From IMG/VR virus record IMGVR_UViG_2909435987_000002: a stretch of 64,000 nt of DNA; one strand, given 5' to 3'. The number at the start of each line of letters is the position of its first letter. Positions within the stretch are counted from its first letter, which is position 1. The position numbers were made by a program, and so were the translations under genes. This stretch comes from a virus. Of the stretch, positions 8,923 to 19,635 are shown piece after piece. A model generated the notes under the pieces. That model did no database searches and was not told the origin of the DNA. It saw only the letters and a list, made by a program, of their open reading frames with translations.

Positions 8923-11900
8923 GCTAATAAATAAGCTTCAGTAATAATAGGTTCTATATGAACACCTAAAGCTTGACTAGAATATTCATATAACAGTCCA
9001 TCATTATCTTCTAGAATAATAGAACCTACAGTAGGCTCATAATAAGCTATACCCTTATTTCTAACTACATCAAATGAATCAATAATAAATGTATGAACTG
9101 TTGCAGTATATTGGAACTCTGTTTGATAAGGAATTAATTTAGTGTTTGAATTAACTTTAGTATAAGAAGGTATAACTAATTGAACCCTATCTCCTCTTCT
9201 AGGAAGAGATGCATATTTACTAGAAAGAATATCTAAACTATTAAGAGAGAAAGTTACAATACCCATCTGTACATCTTCTACAGTTATATCTGCCTCAAAT
9301 AGAGATAAAACAGGAACTCTAAAACATGTATCAAGAGTTGCATTTATCTTAATATTCTTAAGAACTTCTATACTATTTAATTCGTCTTCATCTAAGTTAT
9401 CTTCTAATAGTTCATCATCTTCATTAATAGTATTAATAGTTTGTATTATTCTAGGACTATATTCTAATAGAGACATAGCAGATTGATTAGAACCTCTAGC
9501 TTTAGGAAATGCATCTATTAATCCTTTAACCTTATTAAATAAATCTAAACAAGATAGAGCTATATTAACCTGTTCTAATCCTGGAATCTTATAGCTATCC
9601 ATCAATTTAATAAGATCGGGAATTTTAGATATAGCTTCTACCGCCCCAATACCCTGTCGGATAAAATTAAAAGTCTGACCAATAAGACCGCTACTATCCC
9701 CAAATATAGTACTTACTAAAGTCTCTAAATTATTACCATTTAAAACATCCTTTAATATATTCCCTATATTCTTATTGGATACATCAGAGATAATTCCTTT
9801 TATAGAAGAGTATACTGTTCTAGCTTTATTAAGATCATTAGAGTTAACAATACCACTAGCAGAAAGTATATTAGATATTTGATTAGTTAAAGTCTGTTCA
9901 TCTAAAGGCTTACCAGATTCAATACTTATAATTAAATCTTTAATAGCGGGCACTACATTTCTTAAATCAGCAGGTAATAAATTAGTAATCTGTTTTTCTA
10001 CTTCTTTAGCTAATAGTTCTGAGAGATATTTATCTGCCTGCTCATTATTAACTAACTTTATTGCCAACTGAGATAAGTCATCATTGTTAAGTAATTCCTC
10101 TATAGCAGTACCTCTAAAAGCTTTTGATAATAAAGGTCTAGCAGCAGAATATAATTCTCCATATTGTCCAGTTTTAGTAGCAGAACTAATTAATTTGGGA
10201 AAGTTACTATACTCTGCAATCTCTTGAGTTATGTTATTTACATTAGAGATAAGACTAGATACAAATCCTAAGAAACCTATACCAATCATAGTTCTTAGTT
10301 CTGCTAGGATTTTATTTAAAGGGTTAGGATATAACTTATTAATATAGTATTTGTTTAGTACATATAAAATATCTACTCTTCTGAACTCATCTGGAAAAGT
10401 AGGCTTTAAGTCTATAGTTTCTAATGTTCTATTCTTAGAATCTTTACTTTTTAAAGATATCTGTAATTCTAAAGGAAGTTTGAGTAAGTCTCTAATAACT
10501 CCAGCACTTTCATCATCAAGAAAGTTATCATAATCAATAGTAGCTTTGCTAATTTTTCCTTTAATATATTTTAAAATTACCTTTTTAATAGTTTCATTAG
10601 ACAGATTAGATAGACTAGATTGAGCAGAAGGACTAATCTTAGTTATATCTTCTTTATAGATTCCAGATTCTTGAGAGATAACTTGAGTAGTACTATTATC
10701 TGTAGTAGGTACATCTGTCTTTGCAGGATTAGCTAAGGTACCTATAGTAAAGTTTCCTTCTTGAAGAGTCTTAAAGAAATCCTTATAGTATTCATTAGGT
10801 CTACCTTCTTCTCCTACTTTATCTGGATAAATATTAAGACCGCCGCCAGCTAAAGGAGATACTATAGGAGGAATAGGAGGAGTAGGGCTAGTACCAGATG
10901 TAGAGTTAGAATTAGGAGATGCTACAGGAGGTAGTTTATTATCTTGTTTAGTGGGATCTAAAGAACTAGTAGGTTTATTAGGTTTGACTTTAGAAGTAGG
11001 AGTATTCTTTTTATTAGAAGTATTAGATACTGAAGGCTTAGTAGGTTTATTAACTACTGGGGGTTTAGTATTAGGTTTATTAGAACTAAGAATATTAACT
11101 GGTTTACTATCTGTTTCTTTAGGAGTATCTACTGTTGTATCTGATGGACTTATAGTAGGACGGCTTAGGTCTAATTCTTTTTCCTTATAGATAGTATTAG
11201 GTAGATTATTACTAGGTTTATCACTAGCATGACCATCTATATCTTCTGTAATTGGTTGATCATCTACCCAGAAGTCTTCATAAAGAGGAGTTTGCTGTTT
11301 ATATTTATCTGGTATACAGTTATCTAACTTAGAAGGAAAGGAAGGAATACCTGGTAATCCAGGAAACTCAATAATATTATCAGTAGGAACTGGAGAGAAT
11401 ACTATTGGAATAGTATTAATAAATAATTTGCCGCCTTTATAAAGTATTCCTGATTCATTATTACCCATGTAAGTAGCCCCTTCAGATACCATATAGGTAG
11501 CTGTAGTACCACTAACTAAAGTAACCCCATTAGAAAGAACAGCTTGACTACCTGTAGAAGTAGATATAACTCCTGTATCTCCCATAACAATGGTATTAGT
11601 AGCTGTCTTACCTTTATTAGATATGAGAATAGAAGAAGAGGCGGCTTCAATAGCTCTTTTAGCTCCATCAGTTGTAGCAGCATCCTCAGTAGAAATATCA
11701 CTAGAAGGACTTGCTAATATACTAATATTCCTACCACTCTGTATACCTAAACTGTCATAGGATACAAATGAACTTCTACCTCCTGATATATTAATATGAG
11801 ATTTATCACTAATTAGTGATGTATCTTGTCCCATAATAGAGGCTTCTTTAGTCCCTATTAATCTAGTATTCTGACTAATATAATCAGAGTTGTTAGTAGA

Positions 11901-12587
11901 TATATTAATAGAGTTCTGACTTTGTTTTATTGAAGTGCCTTCAATAAACTTAGTATCATGTTTTAATTCTTGATATTTAACATCACTAATTAATGAATAA
12001 GAATTATTGGAATGAATAGTAAAATCCTGTGAATTCTGAAAGACAAAAGGACTACTTAGATTAAAGTTACTATTAGATAGAATACCTACTGTCTGGGCAC
12101 CTAAAGTATATCTTCCAAATGAAGATACTAATAAACCACCATTAGCTAGTTCACCAATATCAGCTTCAGACTTAGCAATAGTGGCACATTTCTTAGAGGC
12201 GTTCTTTAGACAGTTCTTAAGTTCTGGATTATTTATCTTAGTTGGATCGCCTGCTAGATTAGATACTTGAGTTATCTTCTCTTCTAATTGACTAAGAAAA
12301 GCATCAGCCATATTAGTTGAAGCGGCAATAATATTATTAACCAGCTCATCAGGTGAAACTGATTTAAGTGGTTCAGCTAATATCTGATAGGAAATATTTC
12401 TAGGTAAATTAGAGCCATCTTTTATAGAAGAAGCTGCTTGAGTAGTTTCTAATGTCTTATTAGCTGAATATTCTTGTCCTTCTTTATTAATCTTTGCTGC
12501 TTCTTTAACAGGCTTAGTAGTCTGAATTATCGACTTATCTTTAGCTATAGTAGAAGGACTTTTACTTTTAATTTCTTTTATAGTCAT
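8919..12587 (-). CDS. Tail hub / tape-measure-like structural protein (1222 aa)
   Basis: The N-terminal beta-rich S/T/G region looks spike- or hub-like. A central P/T/K-rich low-complexity linker (KPNTKPPVVNKPTKPS...) is followed by a C-terminal alpha-helical region with tape-measure character. Confidence 0.45.
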   Translation of the reverse strand: MTIKEIKSKSPSTIAKDKSIIQTTKPVKEAAKINKEGQEYSANKTLETTQAASSIKDGSNLPRNISYQILAEPLKSVSPDELVNNIIAASTNMADAFLSQLEEKITQVSNLAGDPTKINNPELKNCLKNASKKCATIAKSEADIGELANGGLLVSSFGRYTLGAQTVGILSNSNFNLSSPFVFQNSQDFTIHSNNSYSLISDVKYQELKHDTKFIEGTSIKQSQNSINISTNNSDYISQNTRLIGTKEASIMGQDTSLISDKSHINISGGRSSFVSYDSLGIQSGRNISILASPSSDISTEDAATTDGAKRAIEAASSSILISNKGKTATNTIVMGDTGVISTSTGSQAVLSNGVTLVSGTTATYMVSEGATYMGNNESGILYKGGKLFINTIPIVFSPVPTDNIIEFPGLPGIPSFPSKLDNCIPDKYKQQTPLYEDFWVDDQPITEDIDGHASDKPSNNLPNTIYKEKELDLSRPTISPSDTTVDTPKETDSKPVNILSSNKPNTKPPVVNKPTKPSVSNTSNKKNTPTSKVKPNKPTSSLDPTKQDNKLPPVASPNSNSTSGTSPTPPIPPIVSPLAGGGLNIYPDKVGEEGRPNEYYKDFFKTLQEGNFTIGTLANPAKTDVPTTDNSTTQVISQESGIYKEDITKISPSAQSSLSNLSNETIKKVILKYIKGKISKATIDYDNFLDDESAGVIRDLLKLPLELQISLKSKDSKNRTLETIDLKPTFPDEFRRVDILYVLNKYYINKLYPNPLNKILAELRTMIGIGFLGFVSSLISNVNNITQEIAEYSNFPKLISSATKTGQYGELYSAARPLLSKAFRGTAIEELLNNDDLSQLAIKLVNNEQADKYLSELLAKEVEKQITNLLPADLRNVVPAIKDLIISIESGKPLDEQTLTNQISNILSASGIVNSNDLNKARTVYSSIKGIISDVSNKNIGNILKDVLNGNNLETLVSTIFGDSSGLIGQTFNFIRQGIGAVEAISKIPDLIKLMDSYKIPGLEQVNIALSCLDLFNKVKGLIDAFPKARGSNQSAMSLLEYSPRIIQTINTINEDDELLEDNLDEDELNSIEVLKNIKINATLDTCFRVPVLSLFEADITVEDVQMGIVTFSLNSLDILSSKYASLPRRGDRVQLVIPSYTKVNSNTKLIPYQTEFQYTATVHTFIIDSFDVVRNKGIAYYEPTVGSIILEDNDGLLYEYSSQALGVHIEPIITEAYLLA

Positions 12588-12591
12588 TTAT

Positions 12592-13926
12592 CTATTCCAT
12601 TAAATTGTATATAGCATCACTACTATCATCTTCTATTGAAGACATAGTAATTAGGTTGCTACCTAGTATTTGAAGATGATCTAAATTACTCTTCTTCAAT
12701 AAATAACCAGCTAAATAAAATATCCTTTCAACTCTACCCAATAAATCTAGTGCAGGCTGATAGAAATCTTTAATAGGGCTAACAACAAAGTTCTTATAAA
12801 CATTATTAGAAGGAAATGTAATAATATAAGCCCTATTTAATAAAGATAAAGCTAGTATAAGTAAATATTGATTATATCCTCCTACTGGAAAGAACTCAGA
12901 TAATATATAGTAACTAGTTTCTTTTAGGGCACTGGAAGAAATATTTATATCTATATTCTTATATAAATCTTCAACTAATAATTCCAATGGAGTATTAGTA
13001 CTATCCTGAGATAAAGATAAAGTTTTTCTTATAAGAATAATCTCATCTATTAAGGAGATGAATATTGGATTAAGTTCTGAATGTATAAAAGAATAAATTA
13101 AATTAGTTTTACTAAGACTTGTAGAATCAATACCTAATTTATAAGAGTAAATAACTATTCTTTTTAATATAGTGGCAGCAAAGAAAACCGAAGAGTTAGG
13201 TAGATATTCATTTACATCTAAGTTATAGTAGTCATATGCTTTAGGTAACCACACTTGTAAATAAGTTAATATCTTTATAATTTTATCTAAATCGAATATC
13301 TTAAATATCTTGAAACTATAATCATATATATCTACATCTACAGTCTCTCTATCTTCAAGTAGAAGATTTATAAAATCTTTAGAGAATTTAGATACCTTAT
13401 CATTAGAGTTATTAGAATAAGAATTAATAATATAGTTAGTTATACTATTAACTAATTCAGAAGGATGATTATAGTGACTATAACTAGTTTGAATATATCT
13501 GTAATATAATAGAGAACCATATTTACCGCCCCATATTTTATTACCAGAATATAATAGATCTTCTAAGTATTCTTCTGATATAGGAGAGAAGTGATTAGGT
13601 ACTATTAACTTTCTCTTATAGTAATGAGAAGAATATTTACTATTATCTATATTTCCTATATATGTTGTGGATAGAAATAATATTAAATAACTTTCTATTA
13701 ATTTATTAAGGTCAGTAAAACTAATTACCTTATCTTTAATGCTTTCATATAGTATAGAAGATAACTCTCTTAATCTATTCTCTGAGTTAGAGGACACAAG
13801 AGATAAATTAAGCTGTCTTCTATATCCTAATATCTCAGTAGAATTCAAATCTCTCTTAAGAAGATCTTCTTGAATAGATGTAGAATCTAGGTAAAGGAAT
13901 TCGTTATTATCCATTTTTCTAGACAA
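12592..13926 (-). CDS. Hypothetical virion/tail protein (444 aa)
   Basis: ORF in the structural operon. Confidence 0.45.
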   Translation of the reverse strand: MSRKMDNNEFLYLDSTSIQEDLLKRDLNSTEILGYRRQLNLSLVSSNSENRLRELSSILYESIKDKVISFTDLNKLIESYLILFLSTTYIGNIDNSKYSSHYYKRKLIVPNHFSPISEEYLEDLLYSGNKIWGGKYGSLLYYRYIQTSYSHYNHPSELVNSITNYIINSYSNNSNDKVSKFSKDFINLLLEDRETVDVDIYDYSFKIFKIFDLDKIIKILTYLQVWLPKAYDYYNLDVNEYLPNSSVFFAATILKRIVIYSYKLGIDSTSLSKTNLIYSFIHSELNPIFISLIDEIILIRKTLSLSQDSTNTPLELLVEDLYKNIDINISSSALKETSYYILSEFFPVGGYNQYLLILALSLLNRAYIITFPSNNVYKNFVVSPIKDFYQPALDLLGRVERIFYLAGYLLKKSNLDHLQILGSNLITMSSIEDDSSDAIYNLME

Positions 13927-14564
13927 TCTCCTATAGTTTTAACTGAATCATTTTTATAATTAAACTTATTAGCTATATACATAGCTGCTTTATACCTATC
14001 ATTTGTCAATACTATATCTATATAGTCCTTAGAGAAATCATTTACATAATCCAAACTATTAAATAGATAATTTAGTTTGTTTATTAAATAGCTATCAGGA
14101 TTGAATAGATCAAACATATCTAAAGAAACATTAAAATATTTCAAGTAATCTTTAGAAGATATTTCTATATCCTTAGCTAGGTTATAAATAACAGATCCAT
14201 AGGTAGTAGGTATTACTCTCTCATTTATATTAAGTAACTGAGTTGGCTGCCATATATTATTAGAAAGCTGTTTATAATATCCAGAACTAGAAAAGTAATT
14301 ATAAGTATTTAGTTCTTCTGTATATAAAAGAATAGATAGTATTAATTGAATATAAGGGGGAAATAGAAATAGAATAGCTCCACCAGCTCTACTATCATGT
14401 AAAGTTATTTCTTCTCCTTCTAGAGATGTACCTACCATAGACCTACCTATTAAATATTCGTAGAGGGCTACTTGAGCAGGAGTTCCATTAGAATATGCTA
14501 CTGCTCTCTTAATAGTAGATATTAGATTATTGTTTAATGAATCGTTATTTAATATTGCTGGCAT
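13887..14564 (-). CDS. Hypothetical virion/tail protein (225 aa)
   Basis: ORF in the structural operon. Confidence 0.45.
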   Translation of the reverse strand: MPAILNNDSLNNNLISTIKRAVAYSNGTPAQVALYEYLIGRSMVGTSLEGEEITLHDSRAGGAILFLFPPYIQLILSILLYTEELNTYNYFSSSGYYKQLSNNIWQPTQLLNINERVIPTTYGSVIYNLAKDIEISSKDYLKYFNVSLDMFDLFNPDSYLINKLNYLFNSLDYVNDFSKDYIDIVLTNDRYKAAMYIANKFNYKNDSVKTIGDCLEKWIITNSFT

Positions 14565-14601
14565 TACTTAATTTAATGATTCTATATAACGTATTAACTA
14601 T

Positions 14602-15231
14602 ATGTCTAAGATTATTGATATAACTGGTCAAGTATTTGGTAGATTAACTGTTATTAAACAAATAGGATTTAATAAAGATAGAAGAGCATTATGGCTATGT
14701 AAATGCTCTTGTGGTAATGAAACTACTGTAACAGGTAAGGCTCTAAGGGCTGGTACTACTAGAAGCTGTGGCTGCTTAATAGTTAGAAATGGAGTAGAGA
14801 AAACTAAACATGGAATGACTGATACTAAAGAATGGAATGTATGGAGAGGGATGATGAAACGTTGTTATCAACCTACTCAAGATAAATATCCTTTATATGG
14901 AGGTAAAGGAATAATTGTATGTGAGAGATGGCATACATTTCAGAACTTCTATGAAGATATGGGAAATGTACCAGAAGGTATGACAATAGATAGAATTGAT
15001 AGTAGTAAAAATTATGAGCCTGAAAATTGCAGATGGGTAGATATATATGTTCAGAACAATAATAGAGGAGATTATAACGTTAGATGGAGTTATAAAGGTA
15101 AAGACCAAACAGTTAGTGAATGGGCTAGAGAATTAGGATGCAATAATACTACTTTATTTGAAAGGCAAAGAAGAGGATGGTCTATAGAAAAGATATTAAG
15201 TACTCCTACTAAACGTAAAAAGTCTGCTTAA
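14602..15231 (+). CDS. Free-standing homing-endonuclease-like DNA-binding protein
   Basis: N-terminal Cys4 zinc ribbon (CKCSCG...SCGC) and the block WRGMMKRCYQPTQDKYPLYGGKGIIVCERWHTFQNFYEDMG, typical of phage HNH/AP2-type homing endonuclease families. It is a lone plus-strand gene inside the minus-strand operon. Confidence 0.5.
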   Translation: MSKIIDITGQVFGRLTVIKQIGFNKDRRALWLCKCSCGNETTVTGKALRAGTTRSCGCLIVRNGVEKTKHGMTDTKEWNVWRGMMKRCYQPTQDKYPLYGGKGIIVCERWHTFQNFYEDMGNVPEGMTIDRIDSSKNYEPENCRWVDIYVQNNNRGDYNVRWSYKGKDQTVSEWARELGCNNTTLFERQRRGWSIEKILSTPTKRKKSA

Positions 15232-16670
15232 CCTTTAAGATACTTAGCTGGGTCTTGTGCTGCTCCGTTAAGTCTTATCTCTGTATGCACGTGACTACCA
15301 GTACTACTTCCAGTACTACCCATCTTACCTATTAATTCACCTTGTTTAACCTGCTGCCCTTCTCTAACTAATACTTCGCTAAGGTGTGCTGACATAGTAG
15401 ACATACTGCCACCGTGATCTATTATTATCTGATTACCATAAAAATCACCACAACTATCTCCTACACCTCTAGAAGGAGGACATCCTGTGACAGTTCTAGT
15501 AACAACTCCATTAGCCATAGCTACTATAGGAGTGCCTACTCCATTAGCTATATCCCAACCTCTATGCATCTTTCCCCATCTCATTCCCCATTTAGAAGTA
15601 ATAGTTCCTTTAGCAGGCATAATAAAGCCACCTGGACTAAGAGGCCCATCATATTTATAAGTACTAGTTGAAGTGCTGCCTGGAGTACCATTAACAGTAC
15701 CTACAGCAGGTGCAGGATAACCTAGAGAATTACCACCACTAGGAACTACAGAATTAATCTTAGGGCTACATCCTGTATAGATAATCCTATCTTGTTGAGT
15801 ATAAGGAGGAGGAGGACAGTTCTCTCCTTTTAGAAGAGCTGAATCTGCTACAAGATTAGGTAAGGCACCAGTAGGACTAGAATAATCTCCTGGTTGGGAA
15901 CCTATAGAATTAGGAATTGGGGAAGTAGTGCCCAATAAACTACTAAACTCGCTACCTAGAGTTTCTACTATTTTATAATTCAGACCCCTCTCTATAGAAT
16001 TAAGAGTTACATTACTGTTACCTGATTCTAAACGAGGACTATATTTCTTAACTGGGTCATAATCAGCATATAGTACCATTGCCTGTCTCCCCCATTCTGA
16101 AGGAGACACTACTTTAACTGGTGTATCTCTACCTAATTTACCTGAAGCTGCCTTAAGAAATGCTGCGGGGAATAGATTAATTATATATAACTCCGCATTA
16201 TCTTTAGGGGGGCGACTAGCTCGTTTAGTCCAGTAATCCATATGGTATTTATCCCATAATTGAAGCTGTTTAACTGGCCCTGCATTGGCTAATCCTTTAA
16301 GAGAACCTCCTACTTCTTTCAGTCCTCCTTGATCAACTACAGTACTGAAACTGCATACTTGAGTAATACCTGTACATCCAGTAGGAGATACTAATCTACT
16401 ATTGAATCCTTCTGCTTCTATCAATACCATCTTTACTATCATTTCTTCAGGTATTCTATATTTAGCTGCTATTCTATTTATCTCTTTAGTGATAGGTTCA
16501 AAGTCTGACTTTTGAATCCATCCTTTAGCTAGACTCCTTTCTAACGTCTTTTCTAATAAAACTCCCATAGATTTAACCTCCTGTAATTTAGGTGTATTTA
16601 TATTTGGTAAGACTACTTCTGGAACTATAAAATTACTAGTAACAGAAGCAGCGAATAATAAGTTAATCAA
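15228..16670 (-). CDS. Virion-associated peptidoglycan hydrolase: lytic transglycosylase (SLT) domain plus C-terminal M23 peptidase
   Basis: SLT motif EAEGFNSRLVSPTGCTGITQ, and M23 motifs HRGWDIANGVGTPIVAMANGVV and GSHVHTEIR. Confidence 0.75.
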   Translation of the reverse strand: MINLLFAASVTSNFIVPEVVLPNINTPKLQEVKSMGVLLEKTLERSLAKGWIQKSDFEPITKEINRIAAKYRIPEEMIVKMVLIEAEGFNSRLVSPTGCTGITQVCSFSTVVDQGGLKEVGGSLKGLANAGPVKQLQLWDKYHMDYWTKRASRPPKDNAELYIINLFPAAFLKAASGKLGRDTPVKVVSPSEWGRQAMVLYADYDPVKKYSPRLESGNSNVTLNSIERGLNYKIVETLGSEFSSLLGTTSPIPNSIGSQPGDYSSPTGALPNLVADSALLKGENCPPPPYTQQDRIIYTGCSPKINSVVPSGGNSLGYPAPAVGTVNGTPGSTSTSTYKYDGPLSPGGFIMPAKGTITSKWGMRWGKMHRGWDIANGVGTPIVAMANGVVTRTVTGCPPSRGVGDSCGDFYGNQIIIDHGGSMSTMSAHLSEVLVREGQQVKQGELIGKMGSTGSSTGSHVHTEIRLNGAAQDPAKYLKG

Positions 16671-16710
16671 TATATTTAATTGAACTCTACATATTACTAG
16701 TAACTAGAAG

Positions 16711-17187
16711 TTAGTAACCAGCAATACCAAAATAAATCTCTTTAGTCTTAGGGAATTTAGCTAAGACATTAAAGAAATATTCTTTGTCAAATTTATAAGG
16801 ATCTTTACTTTTCTTAGATAAATCTATCTCTGCATGTGTAACTATTCTAGTAGTAGGAACATTTGTTTTAGATATTAAGTAGCCAAGAGAATAATATTGA
16901 GATTCTGTATATCCAGTATGATAATCATTATCTAAATCTATATCTGGGGGGCTTTCTAGAACTACATGATAAGAGAAATCATCTACTGAGTTATCTACCT
17001 GCTCTCCATTAAAAGAACAGTTATATCCAGCAGAAGCTTTATTTCTAGAGTTAACTAAATAATTAATAGTACCGTCTCTAGAAATAAGAACGTGATAGCT
17101 ACTAGAAGTATTATTATTCTGAAGATTGGCTATAACTTTATCTCCTGGAGAAATAGTTTCATGAAGAACTATTAAAGGATCATACAT
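16711..17187 (-). CDS. N-acetylmuramoyl-L-alanine amidase (Amidase_2/PGRP, T7-lysozyme-like)
   Basis: HETISPG...YHVLISRDGTI...AGYN...HAEID...KDP pattern. Confidence 0.55.
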   Translation of the reverse strand: MYDPLIVLHETISPGDKVIANLQNNNTSSSYHVLISRDGTINYLVNSRNKASAGYNCSFNGEQVDNSVDDFSYHVVLESPPDIDLDNDYHTGYTESQYYSLGYLISKTNVPTTRIVTHAEIDLSKKSKDPYKFDKEYFFNVLAKFPKTKEIYFGIAGY

Positions 17188-17190
17188 ACA

Positions 17191-18726
17191 TTAACTTCCA
17201 TAAGCTTTAGAGAATATAGCTTTAGCATTAGCAGATCCTACATATCTCCAATGCCAAGGCTCATAAGTGACACCATCGAAATTAACTGGATTTGGATAAC
17301 TATTCTCAAATCCAAACCTGCCAGCATTCTTAGCTAACCATTTATAAGCAGGTGTTCCATTGAAACTAGCTTCTAAACCTGTATTAACAGTGCTATCTAG
17401 GATATCTGCTGCGTAACCAGTATGGTGTTCACTTCTACCAGGAACAGCATTAACTCTAGATATTTGTTCTCTAGATTGACCTGCTGCTAACTTGCTATCC
17501 CATATACTTTGTTGAGTAGCAATACTTCTATATCCAGATTTTATATACATAAAAACATTATCAGCTTTAGCAGCTTTCTTCATAGCTTGATATGCTGCTG
17601 CTGCTTCAGGATGTAATCTCTGACCATTATCAGCTATTACAGTACTAGAAGCATTACTAAATATCTGACCAAATCCTCTAGGCTTACCTAATATATCTCT
17701 ACCCTTCTCATTAGGTTTGTAATTAGGTGAAGTAGGAGTACCTCCTTGAACATCACTAGTACTACCTGGTACTTCTGTGCCATATTGCTGGGTTAGAGAT
17801 TGAGCGGCGGTTTGTCTTGCTGCTGTTAATTGACTTTGAACTTGAGCCGCCTGTGTATATAACTCAGCTAACTTCCTTTCTTGATTAGCTATATACTCAG
17901 GAGTAAATATTACATTAGGAGTAACTGTTTTATTATCAGGAACTACTGGTTTAGATAATAAAGATTTCAATCCAGTAGGACTCTTTTGATTAGTTGCTTC
18001 AGTAGGAGATATAGCATATTTACCTTCTACCATTTCTGCTTTCTTAAGATGCATAGCAGCTAATCTTAGTAACTTAGTAGTCTTCTCTTCTCTAGAACCG
18101 CTTGATACTTGTACTATATTACCATCTGAATATACTACATTAGTCCCCATAGAATATTGAACTATATCGCCACCTTGGTTTCTTAATTCAATAGAAGAGG
18201 GTACTGTTCTATTAGAATATTTATCTTTAGGATCTGTAAGTAATTCAGGAGAAGAGTAGGAAGAATTTATTACTTTACTACCTACTGCCTTAAAGTATGA
18301 TTCTTCTTGAGTAATTCTATTAGGATGTCCAGATACTTGGTTAAATTCTGAGCCTTCTACTAATTGATTAGGCTCTTGTAGTTTCCCTTCTTTATAGAAT
18401 TGTTTATATATACCTTCAGTAAAGAAGCAGCCAACTATATAGCCATCTTGCATTACACCATTCTTAAACTGGACTAATACTGGTGTACCTTCTTCTAAAG
18501 GTTGAATAGTACCTACTCCATTGAAACCACTATAAGAAGTAGCTACTCTACATCCTTCTATTAGAATCTCAGTTTCAAATAGTTCAACATCATAGGTATT
18601 AGATATATGACTTTGTTTAGTTACATTAACTATTCTTCCTTCTTTTAGATTAGTTTCTGCCTGATATACCTTTTGGAATCCATGACTCCATGTATATTGA
18701 TCGTTGTAATTAGATATAAAACTCAT
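17191..18726 (-). CDS. Baseplate spike/hub protein with gp5-like N-terminal OB domain fused to an M15 (VanY/L-Ala-D-Glu) peptidase
   Basis: N-terminal OB-like segment (VTKQSHISNTYDVELFETEILIEGCRVATS...), and C-terminal SEHHTGYAADILD and EPWHWRY zinc-peptidase motifs. Confidence 0.65.
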   Translation of the reverse strand: MSFISNYNDQYTWSHGFQKVYQAETNLKEGRIVNVTKQSHISNTYDVELFETEILIEGCRVATSYSGFNGVGTIQPLEEGTPVLVQFKNGVMQDGYIVGCFFTEGIYKQFYKEGKLQEPNQLVEGSEFNQVSGHPNRITQEESYFKAVGSKVINSSYSSPELLTDPKDKYSNRTVPSSIELRNQGGDIVQYSMGTNVVYSDGNIVQVSSGSREEKTTKLLRLAAMHLKKAEMVEGKYAISPTEATNQKSPTGLKSLLSKPVVPDNKTVTPNVIFTPEYIANQERKLAELYTQAAQVQSQLTAARQTAAQSLTQQYGTEVPGSTSDVQGGTPTSPNYKPNEKGRDILGKPRGFGQIFSNASSTVIADNGQRLHPEAAAAYQAMKKAAKADNVFMYIKSGYRSIATQQSIWDSKLAAGQSREQISRVNAVPGRSEHHTGYAADILDSTVNTGLEASFNGTPAYKWLAKNAGRFGFENSYPNPVNFDGVTYEPWHWRYVGSANAKAIFSKAYGS

Positions 18727-18729
18727 AAA

Positions 18730-19635
18730 TTATTGATTAGGAATATATTGCTGCTTTTGGATAATCCATCCTTTGTATTCTTTTAACTCAAAAGATTTAT
18801 TAGTAAGAGTTTTGTAGGAAAGTTCTTTATAGCGTCTACAGAATTCTTTAAGATTAATAGTCTGAAATACTTCTTTAGAGGGAGATATAAATGTATATAA
18901 GAATTTATTCTCATATGGTTTAATATTATTTACTATTTTTCCCTTAGAGTATTTAATAACTTTCCAGCCTATTGGAGATTCTCTACTACTTCCTCTAGCT
19001 AAATTAAATAAGCTATAAAAACTAATATTATGATCCTTAGAAAACCTTTTTAGGCTAAAAGTAGTATATTCCTCATTAGAAGGGCTTATTAATATATAAT
19101 AATTATTCATTTTTCTTTCTTTAGTAATAGGCCCAGGAGCTTCCTTCCAACATTTACCAGTGATAACTCTTGATATATGAGTAGGATTCATATTTAATGT
19201 TCTAGCTATGGAAGTACAAGATTCTCCTTTAGAAGCCCTAATTCTAATTTGATAAACTAACTCATCTGTTAATTTACTATTGGGATTACTAATACCTTTT
19301 AAACCTCTAAATAGTTTATATTCTGTAGCATGTTTAATATTATCTAAACAGGTTACCCATTCTAAATTAGAATAATGATTATTAACTTTATTCCCATCTT
19401 TATGATTTACTTGATATTCATCTCTTCTTTTACCTATAGGGCCAGGAGGATTGCCAAGAAAAGCTAATGCTACTAACTGATGAACACTTTTAATAGTTTG
19501 TTTACCTTTTATATTTACATTAACTTTCTTGTATCCCCTCTGATCTAAAGATTGAGAGACTATAATCTTTTCAGTTTTTACTACTGAACCATCTTCATTA
19601 ATAAAATATTTACTGTTAGGTACTGATTTAAACAT
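18730..19635 (-). CDS. HNH homing endonuclease (HNH_3) with C-terminal HTH
   Basis: VHQLVALAFLGNP...VNHKDGNKVNNHYSNLEWVTCLDNIKHA HNH motif, plus a sigma-70 region-4-like HTH (LTDELVYQIRIRASKGESCTSIARTLN). Confidence 0.75.
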   Translation of the reverse strand: MFKSVPNSKYFINEDGSVVKTEKIIVSQSLDQRGYKKVNVNIKGKQTIKSVHQLVALAFLGNPPGPIGKRRDEYQVNHKDGNKVNNHYSNLEWVTCLDNIKHATEYKLFRGLKGISNPNSKLTDELVYQIRIRASKGESCTSIARTLNMNPTHISRVITGKCWKEAPGPITKERKMNNYYILISPSNEEYTTFSLKRFSKDHNISFYSLFNLARGSSRESPIGWKVIKYSKGKIVNNIKPYENKFLYTFISPSKEVFQTINLKEFCRRYKELSYKTLTNKSFELKEYKGWIIQKQQYIPNQ

